The position numbers and the translations under genes were made by a program. A DNA stretch of 64,000 bases from Camelus ferus (taxonomy: Eukaryota). Of the stretch, positions 26,471-37,267 are shown in pieces (position 1 is the first letter of the stretch; each line of letters opens with the position of its first letter). The notes beneath the pieces are model-generated. The model was not told the DNA's origin, made no database searches, and was given only the letters and a program-made list of their open reading frames with translations. The DNA is taken from the NCBI RefSeq assembly GCF_009834535.1, contig NC_045698.1, forward strand, positions 1,428,001 to 1,492,000. The letters run 5' to 3'.

Positions 26471-29021
26471 TATTGAAATGCTTAGCAAGGACGCAGGCGT
26501 CCACCCTGGGCAGCGATCAGCTCTGGCCATGCGGCTGCCCCCAGGGCGTCCTCCTCGCTGACCGCCTCGGAGCAGGGGCCGCTGCGACAGGTCTCTGCCG
26601 CCCCCCGCCCCCGGCTGGGCCAGACCCCCTCCGTGGAAGAGGACGCGTCGGGGTGAGTGTTTCAGAGCTACGTGTCTGGGGGCCCCCCATCCCCGGCTGA
26701 CGGTCCAGGAGGAGAGCTCTGCCCTAAGAACGCAGTGCCGTCCTCCCTGCACCTCCTCTGGGTTCCAGAGAGGCCTGATCTTTGGTACAAAACCTCCTGT
26801 TTCCCTCTGGACATGTGAAGACCTTTCCAGCTCAGGTCATCCCAAGTTCCCGGATGATGCGGCAGACAGCGGCCGCGTCAGCACCCCCGTCAGTGCCCGG
26901 AGTCACGTCTCGGTGGGACCGGGAGGCCCCGCGGCGTGCGGCCGTGTCTGCCTGCGCACTGGCCTCCCGCGCCTCCTCCTCTTTATTCTCTCTTGCTCTC
27001 TCGCCAGACTTTGAGGACGGTTTTGGTGAGAAGATGGACCACTGCGTGACTTGCCCATTTTCCTGTTTGTTTTTATCTGCTTGCTGTCTTTTTGCACTAC
27101 GTTCTCAGAAACTGTCCCGACTCCATCCTGCAAACCTCCTTCAGTTCTACTCAAGGGCTATAATTTCGACGTCTAGGAACTCTTTTCTCGTCTCTAAATG
27201 TTTTTATGAGAGCAGTCCTCTGCCACGCTGCCTCGGTCACCCCGCCACAGCCTTCCACCCGCCGCGGCGTGGGTGGCATCCTCACCCGCTGGGACCTGCT
27301 TTTACATGCACTTTCCTCCTCATGTTAGGCCGTCACCATCTTTTGCTGACCTCTCGGACTTTCAGGATGTAACTGAGATAAAATATGTGTTCACTCTACT
27401 CTGATTATCCAGAATCTCCTAGTACTTTTTCAATTAAAAAAAGATTGAAAAGAAAGAAAGAAAAGGGATTTCCATCTGTATCGGCGTGGGGAGTTATCCA
27501 TAACGTTGTGTCAAATAAAGAAAGAAGCTTTCAGTTTATAAATTAGGGGTGCTACATGGTCTCAGTGAAGGAAGCTGAATTCCTCATGAGTTTTGAAAAT
27601 AAATCTAAGGGCCAGGATGCCGGGCAGATGAGAACAGTGAGGTGGTGGAGGAGGCCCGGGGGGAGTGTGTCGGGCTCTCGGTGAAACCGCGCGTATCCCG
27701 CTGACACCGCACGTCGGTCAAGGGTGGCGCCGGTGGCAGGTGGACATCACGGCAGAGATGTGACGGGTCTGACACAGAGCACGGGGCAACTGTTCCTGTG
27801 AGCATAACTGACCCCCCACTAAGAGGGTCTGCAGGGCACAGCAGAAGCCCCCCTGGCCTGCAGCCTCATGACCCCTGCGACCTTCCGTGAGGAGCTGGGC
27901 GCTGCCCTGCTCTGCGCTGGACGGGTCATCCCCGGGGAGTAAGTGGATACAATGGTCTGTCCCACAGCCCCGCGCCCTTGGTGGCTCCATATCGGAGAAT
28001 GAGATGGAGGGTTTTCCGGGGCCTGTGAGTGGTGATGCCCACGTAAGAGGCCAGGGTCCCAGGGGGCTCTGATCCGTCCCACGAGACCCAAAGGTGACGT
28101 GCTGTGGCGTTTTTCCCTTGTGAAAGTTTCGTGCCTGTTTTGTGTCTTCTAGCACCAAGCTCTCAGCTTGGCTATAAAGTTCAGTAACAGCACAACCGTC
28201 GGGCTGGCCGTCCGCGCCCCTCCTCTGCAGGGTCCTCGGGGCAGCTCTGCCCAGACAGGACCGATCGGAGACCATCCTTCACCGCTCAGGTGGGTCGGTG
28301 CCGTCCGTCCACCGTGTGGTCAGCTGCCACTGCACGGTGACTTCTTATTAGACTTAGGGAATGCCCCGAGACACCACGTGCCCCGTATCGAGCCTGCCCT
28401 TCGAAACAGACAAGTCCACGGTGAGGACGGCAGGATGGAACGTGCCCGGAGGAGACCCTGTCCCCTGGGTGGGTCTGTCTGTTCCCAAGGCTGCTGAAGC
28501 AGCGGGACGGACAGTTCCACATCATGCGAAGCCCCTGCTTGCTCTTGGGACGTGTCTCATTTACGAGCTCCAGACAAGTGTCTGAGCCTGGATGACCCGC
28601 TCGGAGCTCAGGCAGCAGGGACATTCTGATTGAACACGGACACACCTGAGCCATTGACACAGGGCTCCCAAGGGCGGTTCTGCCAAGGTCTTGGTCCTCT
28701 GGTGCCTGTGGTTTAAGGGAAGCTGCAGCTAATGATCTGTTTTAGAAATTATCCTGGGAGAAGAGTTCTAGAAGCCAGGTACCCACGGTGAGCATCGAGG
28801 AGCTGGAAACCTCTTCCCGGGAGAGTGTGTGACGTCACCAGCTCATAAAACACTGGACTGGAGGCAAAGCCACTTCTGTTCAGAGTACCGCCCCCGCCCC
28901 CACCAACATACCCCTGCATTCGTCCATCAGATTGCCTCCTTCAGACTGTTAACACCCCACATGTGATAAGCCTGCATTTCAGTTCATGCACACGGCCGTC
29001 TTACTTAATCAAGGAACTCTT

Positions 29022-29155
29022 TGACCAACGTGAGGAAGTTACCCCGTCCCTCGGCGCCTGAGTTTCTTTACCTGTAAAATAAAGAAGGACACTTGCATCC
29101 GCTTCATGGGATTTGTATGAGACTTAAATGTGCTAACACGTCAGAGGACGCAGTG
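29022..29155 (+). mobile_element. MIR SINE fragment
   Basis: 'gaagttaccccgtccctcggcgcctgagtttctttacctgtaaaataaag..atttgtatgagacttaaatg' is the MIR core. Confidence 0.65.
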
Positions 29156-30289
29156 TTTTCACTCTGTGCACAGGTTCGGAGTTGAACGCACACGTGTAAA
29201 CTGTCACTGTTATTACGCCAAAGTGTCTCAAATAAACGTAATTCACAAGCTCATTATTCATCTCCCGTTTCCAAGTCACGGTGTCGTGAACTCCAGGGCA
29301 CCACAGATCAACAAACAGGATGCTGGGGAACCACGATCGGGAATTTTGAAATTGCATGAAGTTTTTGGTCTGCAAAATGGAGTTATTTCTACTGGCCAGG
29401 CTTCGCACACAGGGTCAGGATGGGGACTGAGCCTACAGGCACTTTAAAAACGAAGCATTATGCAAAGAGAGGGTCGGTGGGGCCTCCGGGTGGCACATTC
29501 GTGGCTCACAGAGTTGTCTGCAGTCTGGAGGAACCATGCGGATGACAAGACAGGAAGCCACGCACCGCGGAAGAGCCGGACCACGTGGACGCTAACGCGG
29601 CCCTGCTCCGTGTACGGAGAAAAAAGGACAGATGTGGGAGCAGAGGATTAGCTGTTCGAATAATTATGTTAAGTAAGACACAAATGGGCCCCGGCTCCAT
29701 CTCCAGTTCTCAGAGGGGGTCCTGCTTACACATAATTGTGCCTCAGAGCTACTCGCGGGAAGGCTCGGCGCGATCAGCTTGCTGAAGGATCTGAAAGGCA
29801 ACCCTTCTCCCTCCAACTGCTTCTCTAAATAGAGCATCCTCAGGGGTAACCATCTTCCAGAGGCAAAATATTAAAGGAGAAGAAGAAACAGGCAGAGAGT
29901 AAACACCGCGTCCCCCAATGGTCCCCACGCTGACTTCCTTCAGTGTGATTGCAAAATCAATCTCTCTCCCCTCTCTCTCTGTGTATGTACAGTGTCTATA
30001 AGTTGGCTACGGTGCGTGCCTGCCAAGACATCAAGATGTCCTCTGCAGCCAGGCCAGGTAGAGAGGTGCCGGGGACCCACACCCGCAGAGGGGTTCAGGT
30101 TGGCCTCCGCGTCCACACAGCCCTCAGCTCAGCTCCCTTCACAGCCGCTCCTCTGAGAGCTCTCCACCCGGGCCTGGATTGGCTGGCATCTCCTGACACT
30201 CGGGTCAGTTCACAGAGCATCTCCGGGGACAGTCTCACCACACAGCCCAGTTCCCGCTGTCTCTGCCCTACTGCGTGCTGGCCAGATCC

Positions 30290-30428
30290 CGCTGAGATCA
30301 GAGACCCGTGGGTCGGCTCGTGAGCTCCGTGGGAACACAGCCCTGGCCTGACAGCTGCCTCTCCCCTTGCCTAGGACGGTCCCACCCAGAGAAGAGCCTC
30401 CAGTGGGAGTTTCGAATGAATGAGTGAA
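30290..30428 (+). mobile_element. L2 3'-end fragment
   Basis: 'gtgagctccgtgggaacacag..cctaggacggt..gaatgaatgagtgaa' with an (AATG)n tail. Confidence 0.5.
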
Positions 30429-30899
30429 CAGACACGTAGATTCAAGCCCTCTCCTGTTAAACTGGATGTGACGTGGGGCGCTGGCTGAGTTTCCTCCGTC
30501 CTGAGTCAGGACTGAGGCCGTGACGGTCAGCAGTAAACTCTGTGTCCATCCCTCCGTCTAAGGTGTTCCCCCACAGGGCTCCTGTTAACAGCATTGCTTT
30601 CAGGTGTACAGGCAGCTGTTCTGATTTAAAACAAACTGCGCAGCTCTCTCTGAAACTAACAATCATTTCTCAGTATTGGAAAACCTCCAGGTAGGATTTA
30701 TTTAATATAATTGAGAAAGTCTTTCTAAAATTCAGGCTGATTTCATGGTAGCAATTGCATCAGTGAATATCACGGCCCTGTGCCTATTCCATGGACATCA
30801 CTGTACGACTCACTGCAAATGAAAGAGGCAAGATCTTGTGTCCCAAGTCAAAATGGCAGGAAGATACTTCAGACACATAAAGTCGCGTGAAAGGAGACA

Positions 30900-31140
30900 G
30901 GTTCCTATACACCTAATAGATTTGCTCAAAATTGCAAAAAAAGAAAAAAAGGGTTAGAATGTGGAGCAGCTAAAACTCTCACACACTGCTGTGGGGACAC
31001 GGAACGACGCGGCCGCCCTGGAGCACAAGCTGGGAGTCTTCACACAGTTGGCTGGATGCTCACCATCTGACACAGCAACCCCAGGCACCACAGACCCACT
31101 CGACACGGAGACACACGTCCTTATGCAAATATTCATAGAC
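30900..31140 (+). mobile_element. Old L1M ORF2 3' fragment
   Basis: 'gaatgtggagcagctaaaactctcacacactgctgtgggga..tgcaaatattcatag' resembles the old L1M ORF2 C-terminal region; appears to resume briefly near 31630. Confidence 0.65.
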
Positions 31141-31141
31141 G

Positions 31142-31620
31142 TGTACCAGCTTTCTCCAGCTGCTGCGGTGAAGGACCACAGAATGCATGGCTTAACAACA
31201 CAGAGCTATTTTCTTGCAGTTCCGGATCCCAGAAATCCAACGCACGTCTCAATGCAGGACTGCGTTCCCTCCTGAAGGCGCTGGGGGAGAACCCGTCTTC
31301 TCGCCTTTCCTCCTTCTTGAAGCCGCCCGTGCTCCTTGGCTCTCGGCCCCCTGCTGCTGCTCCGCACGGCTGAGTCTTTCTTCCTTAGTCACGCCTCCTC
31401 CTCTGTCTCTTTTCTTCTTCCCCTCCTTCCACTCACAGGGATCCGGGAGATTGCGTGGGGCCCCCGGGCTGAGCCGGGTCGCCTTCCCGTCTCAGGATCT
31501 GCTGACTGGTGCCCTTCAGTGCAGCCCTGACCCCCTTTGCCACGCAGCCTCAATGCTCACAGGGTCCCGGCTGCAGGCACGGGCGTGTTTGGGGGTGGGG
31601 GAGACGCCCTGCTGCCCAAA
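31142..31620 (-). mobile_element. MaLR LTR (MLT1 family, MLT1D-like)
   Basis: 'ggcttaacaacacagagctattttcttgcagttccgga..gttccctcctgaaggcgctgggggagaacccgt..gctccttggctc' is reverse-strand MLT1. Confidence 0.75.
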
Positions 31621-31689
31621 GAGGACGTACTGATATTCACAAAAGCTGGAAGTGACCCACACCCCCACTACCTGGTATAGATGCCATTC

Positions 31690-31930
31690 TCTCGAACCTT
31701 TATCTTTTGCCTTTTGAGCATCAGTCCATGATCCACCTGGAATAGATTTCTGTATATGGTGTAGGAATCGATGTTATTGGTCAATTAATCAGTTTATATT
31801 TAACCAGACGAACGTCTAATTTACACAGAATTATTTAGAAAAAGCCACTGTTCAGCCACTGTGCTCCCGGGGCACATGTTATAACAAGGTCTGTTTCTTC
31901 TTGTAGTTCCGTCACTTTTTGCCTTAAACA
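31690..31930 (-). mobile_element. Old L1 fragment, antisense
   Basis: 'gtccatgatccacctggaatagatttctgtatatggtgtagg' resembles antisense L1M ORF2. Confidence 0.4.
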
Positions 31931-32149
31931 GCTCGGTGTCATGTTTCTAAATCCGTGCTAATGCAGGGTTTCTGCAGCTTTCTTTTGCCCTCTTTGCGAC
32001 CCGGGCTGCTTTTCTCTCTGGCAGCTCTTCTTTCTCACAGTCTCTCTGCCGTGAGCGCAGCCGCAGCAGAGCTGGTTTCAGGGGAAGCGCGTGGAGGGTG
32101 CAAAGCGAACGGAGCACCAACAACGGAAGAGCGGTCAGGCTGACAACCG

Positions 32150-34697
32150 TCCCGCTGGGTCAGCCGGGAGGAGAAGAGAGCAGATGCAAGTGCTCAACAT
32201 CACAGTGAAAGGCAGGCTGTCCCTGCTGACTCCATGGTTAAAGGGGTTAAAACCATTGTGAGGACTCCGTGTCCATAAACCTGAGAACTTTCTTGAAAAA
32301 CAAAAACCCCTAAAACTCAGACAACGAGAGACAGGTAACCTGAGCCGAGCCGTACTTACCAAAGAAGTTCATCAATAATTGACACGTTTCAGCAAGGAAG
32401 TCACCAGGCATACATAGTTCCGCTGGTAAATTTTACCCAACATTCAGAGGAGAGATGCTATCAGCTTCCCACAGTCTCTTCCGGAAGACGGAAACAGAGG
32501 GGACTCTGGCCAACCACTCGGTGAGGCCGGCATTGCCGTCACACCAAGACGAGACACAAGCATCACCAGGCAAAAAGTGAAAGGCCTCTGTCTCTCGCAG
32601 GACAGGCGCGCGTGCCCCTGACAGACACCAACAAGCCGAGTCCAGCGAAGTGTGAGACGAGCTGTGCGCCAGGCCCAGCGGGGTCCGCTCCAGGCACCGG
32701 TTCAACACTCAGAAGCCAGTGTGCGCCATCGCACCAACGGGCTGACGCGAAAAATGACAATGTGGTAATATCAACTGGTGCAGGAAAAGCATTTGACAAA
32801 ACTCAATCCCCACTCGTGATGAAAACTCTCAGCAAGTTAGAAACAGAGGGGATTTTCTCAAACTGATAAAAAAAAAAATACCTTCAAAACACATACAGCT
32901 AATATCGTACTTAGCAGCGAGAAACTGGAGGCTTTCTCCCAAATACCAGGAGAAGATCAAGGCCGCCTCCACAGCTCCCCACTGGGCACCGCGAGGGAAA
33001 CTTAGCTCGTGCGGGGGCAAGGGAGGGGCAAGCACAACAGATCGGGAAGGAAGGAATGAAATTATCCCCATTCACAGGTGACACGGAAGTCTATATAGAA
33101 AATCTTAAAGAAGGACAAATAAAAACAGAAATAAAAGCAAAAAATAACTCTCCTGGAAGGAACAAGCAAGCATAACAAAGTGTTAGGACACAAAGTTAAC
33201 CAGATTAATACAGACAAACCTCGGGGAGACTAAGGCTTGGCTCCAGACCACCGGAACAAAGTGAATACTGCCACAAAGTGAGCCACGGTGAGTTTTTGGT
33301 TTCCCAGTGCATGTGAAAGTTATGTTTACACTAGACTGCACTCTGTTAAGGGTGTAATGACATTGCGTCTAAAAAAATAAGGCACAAATCTTAATTTAAA
33401 AATACTGTATTGCTAAAATCTGAGCCTTCAGTGAGTCATGACTTTTTTGCTGGTGGAGGGTTTTAAATATTGTGAGAATTACCAAAATGAGACACAGAGA
33501 CAGGAAGTGAGCAAATGCTGTTGGGAAAATGGCGCCAGTAGGCTTGTTGGATGCAAGGTGGCCGGAAACCTTCAATTTATAAGAAGTACAGTGTCTGTGA
33601 GGTGCAATAAAGGAGGCAGAGTCAAAGGAGGTCTGCCTGGATGTAAAAGTCAACTGGTTCCCCACATACCAGTAATGAACAATTGGAATTTCGCACACAC
33701 GCATACACACACAATTCATCCATAAAACTAAAATATTTAAGTATAAACCTAAATCTAACAAAATATTTACATCATCTATATGCAGAAAACCCCAAAATTC
33801 TGGTGGAAGAAATCAAAGAATTCTGAATAAAATGGAGAATTCCACGTTCATGAATGGAAAGACTCAATATTGTGAGCATGTTATTTCCAGCTTGATTATG
33901 GATTCAACACAGTCTCAATCCAAATCCCAGAAACCTATTTTATAGGTTTAATTTTATAGGTGTAACTTACTGACAAACTGATTCTCAAGTTTATATTGAA
34001 AAGCAAAGACCAGGAATGGCCAACGCAGCCCTGAGGGAGCGCAGTCAAGCCGGAGGGCTCCTGCGGCCCGATCCCGAGGCCTGCTGTAAGGCTGCAGGAG
34101 CTGGTCCCCGTGGCGTGGCGAGAGCAGACACGGAGGTCAGTGGGACAGGACGGAGAGCCGAGACACAGAGCCATGCAGATCTACCCAGCCTAGTCCGCGA
34201 GGAAGGAGTAGACAGTTAAATGCAGAGTGATGGGGAACGGGTCGTCCTTTCTGGAGCAACTGGGCACCACCGGCAAGAAAGAAAAAAAGAGAAGTGAGCC
34301 GAGACGCCTTACACCCCCCACAACAGTCACCTCGACGCACATCGTGGACCGACGTGCGGGATGCAACCCTTGTAGAAGCTCTAGAAGAAGCACAGCAGAG
34401 AACGTGGAGCACCTCGGGCGCGGCGGTGACTAACCCAGAGTGGTGCTCAGCGTGGAATCCCGCATCCTGGACAGACAGGCGCAGAATAAGGGAGTCTGAA
34501 TAAAGCACGGGCTTCGCTTAAAAACATTTATTAAAACAGTGTGTTGCCATTGGTTCACTAATCATAAGAGTGCATCGTGTCAAAATGAGATGCGGATAAT
34601 GGGTGAAAATGGGCAGAGTGTACGTGGAAAGTCTCCGTGCTGTCCTTGAAATGTTTCTGTAATTCTACAACTGTTCCAAAAATAAGTTTTTTAAAGT
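32150..34697 (+). mobile_element. Old L1 (L1MC-like) ORF2 to 3' end, internally deleted and interrupted by Tigger1
   Basis: DNA for SPGPDGFTGEFYQTF at ~32400; ORF 32612-32866 'VVISTGAGKAFDKTQSPLVMKTLSKLETEG' is the L1 RT; 'tggaaagactcaatattgt'; L1MC-type 3' end 'attggttcactaat..tttctgtaattctacaactgttccaaaaataag'. Confidence 0.85.
33211..33639 (-). mobile_element. Tigger1-derived non-autonomous DNA transposon (~430 bp, internally deleted)
   Basis: TIR-like ends 'ta|cagacaaacctc' and 'gaggtctgcctg' (Tigger1 TIR CAGGCATACCTC); internal 'tttttggtttcccagtgcat..aaagttatgtttacact' and 'gtgagcaaatgctgttgggaaaatggcgcc'. Confidence 0.85.
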
Positions 34698-35284
34698 AAA
34701 CTAAATACTGACCTGGAGATTTTACATACGATGCACATTTCTGTTACTTCTCAAGAAAAGAAAATGTTGACAGCAAGGAGCTCACATCCTGACATGGGCA
34801 GGGATTGACGGCAGCCAAGAAGCAGGTGCCCCAGAGCAGCCTCAGGGCTTGGCCGTCCACCTCGGCCCATGGACTCCTCCGTGTCCACACCCCCTGCCCC
34901 CTGACCTGGAGGAGGGACCCCGCACCAGGCAGTCCCTCCAGGAAGAGTTCCCTCCACACCAGCCGGAGGCAGCAGCGAGCCGAGTCTCAGCAGTGCCGGG
35001 TCTCTGGTCGCTGTTCCTGAGCAATTAGTCCCCCTGGGCGCACAGCAAAGCCAGGCTGGGATTACCTCCTAACAAGGGCGCAAGTCTGTGCACCAGGGGA
35101 CGGCAAGGGGCCCCCAGGCCAGAGCACCGCTGCCCTCACCTGTGACATCGGGGCAGCTCTCCCCTGCAGACATGGGGGTCTGGGCCCTCAGGGCCGCACT
35201 CAGGGCACGTGTGCAGTGACTTGAGTCTGTGGACTTCCAGCAGGTTCTCACACCTCCGTCCCTCGGCCTTTAAAGCATCACCGC

Positions 35285-36171
35285 GCTGGTTCTCTTCCTC
35301 TCTCTGGCTTACTTCACTTAGAATGACGATCTCCAGGCCCACCCACGTTGCTGCAAATGGCATTATTTTGTTCTTTTTATGGCTGAGTAGTATTCCATTG
35401 TATAAATATACCACATCTTCTTTATCCAGTCATCTGTCGATGGACATTTAGGCTGTTTCCATGTCTTGGCTACTGTAAGCAGCGCTGCTGTGAACACTGG
35501 GGTGCAGGTGTCTTTTCAAATTAGAGTTCCCTCTGGGTATAAGCCCAGGAGTGGGGTTGCTGGGTCATATGGTAAGTCTGTTCCTAGTCTTTTGAGGAAT
35601 CTCCACACTATTTTCCACAGTGGCTGCACCAAACTACACTTCCACCAAGAGTGTAGGAGGGCTCCCTTTTCTCCACACCTTTTCCAGCATCTATTGTTTG
35701 ATATCTGAAAAGAAAAGAAAAAAGAGGACACTAATGAACTTATCCCCAAAACAGAAACACACTCACAGACACAGTAAACAATCTAATGGGTACCAGGGAG
35801 AAGGGGTGGGAAGTGATAAATTTGGGAGTTTGAGATTTGCAAATATTAAATACTATACATAAAAACAGATAAGACATAAATTTATTCTGTAGACACAGGG
35901 AACTATATTTGATATCTTATAATAACCTTTAATAAAGAGAATATGCCAATGAATGTATGTCTGTGCATGACCGGGGCGCTATGCTGTACATCGGAGATGG
36001 ACACATTGTAACCGACTGCACTTCAACAAAGTAGGTAAATAAATAAATAAACAAAAATTTAAAAATTATACAATAAAGTAAGATACATTAAAAAACAAAA
36101 CACCACTACACTGTACACCAGAAATTAACACAAGTTGTAAACCGACTCTATTTCAATTGAAAGAAAAAAAA
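35285..36171 (+). mobile_element. Young 5'-inverted L1: antisense ORF2 C-terminus (~35285-35700) plus sense 3' UTR and poly(A)
   Basis: Minus ORFs 35516-35749 (NNRCWKRCGEKGALLHSWWKCSLVQPLW..LPYDPA) and 35136-35414 (KIMPFAATW); 35701-36171 is collinear with 10010-10335. Confidence 0.95.
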
Positions 36172-37235
36172 GCTCCCCAGCAACGTGTGCATGAGACGCC
36201 TGCGCTGGGAACCGCAGTTCAGGGCTGCGCTGCGGGGTGCTGGGGTGGCCGCTGGCGAGCAGGCTCCGTTCGGGTGCAGTGGACGGAGCGATGCTCCCTA
36301 CAGACATCCGCGGGCCCCCTCCAGGAGCCGAGACCGCGTCACCTCGTATGACAGAAGAACCGAAGACATTTAAGTTAACTGCCTTGAGATGGGGAGGTAA
36401 GACTTCACAGTCTGGGCGCCACCAACGCCGTCAGGGGGCTTACGATTCCGGGGGCGAGCGTGGAGACAAGACATGAGGCGGAGGCGGGGTCCAGGCGAGG
36501 ACACGCTACTTCCTGGCTCAGAAGGTGGAGGATGCAGCCTCGAGCCGAGAGGGCAGCCGGCCTGGGAAAGCCAGCAGAGGCGGGACTGGCTGGTGCCCTG
36601 AGGCCGCAGGAAGGAAGCAGCCCGGAACACCCTGACCTCACCCTTCCCCTGACGTCGGGGGATGGTCTGTGTTGTTTCACGCCAGCGTGTTGGTGAACTG
36701 GCAGCAGCAGCAGGAGGCCCAGACGCCAGGAGGCGGCGCGGCCGGCCAGACGTAGGGGCGGAGGCGGTGGGCGGCCGAGGGGCTGCTCTCAGCCCTTGCC
36801 CGGCGGCGCTGTCAGCGGCCCCAGCTCGCACGACCTAAGCTCTGCGTCGTCCATAAAACTGCCTCTCACTCTCCGTTGCTGCAGGTTTGGGGGCGAACCT
36901 CTATTTCCCCGGAAGGGTGTTCCCAGTTTATTTGGGCTCGTGGGGAGGACAAGGCTGAGGGTCCACTGTCTCTCTGCACCAGGGTCACGATCTGCTGCCT
37001 CCACAGCTGGCGTCCCAGCCGTGACTGCGGGGACTTCCAGGTGCGCGTCCTACAGCAGGCGCGCAGGTGACACAGGCCTGCTCTGGGTCTAACCCAGGAC
37101 CCTTCGCTGCCTCAGCCAAGAGGCACCTGTAGAACCAGGCGCTGCGGCGTGTGCTGGTCTCTCAAGAGCGTGGCCGTGGGCGTCGGAAAGAGCTGGTTCC
37201 AAAGCCGCCTCCCTCCCAGGTGAGGGGACGAGGCT

Positions 37236-37267
37236 GCGGGGGGCGGGGGGCGGGGGGCGGGGGGGGG
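37236..37267 (+). other. (CGGGGGG)n run, G-quadruplex-forming motif
   Basis: Four G-runs of six or more separated by single C. Confidence 0.7.

Noticed and set aside
26878..26897. RE1/NRSE-like site TCAGCACCCCCGTCAGTGCC
   Set aside because: The right half-site misses two core bases of GGACAG; likely chance.
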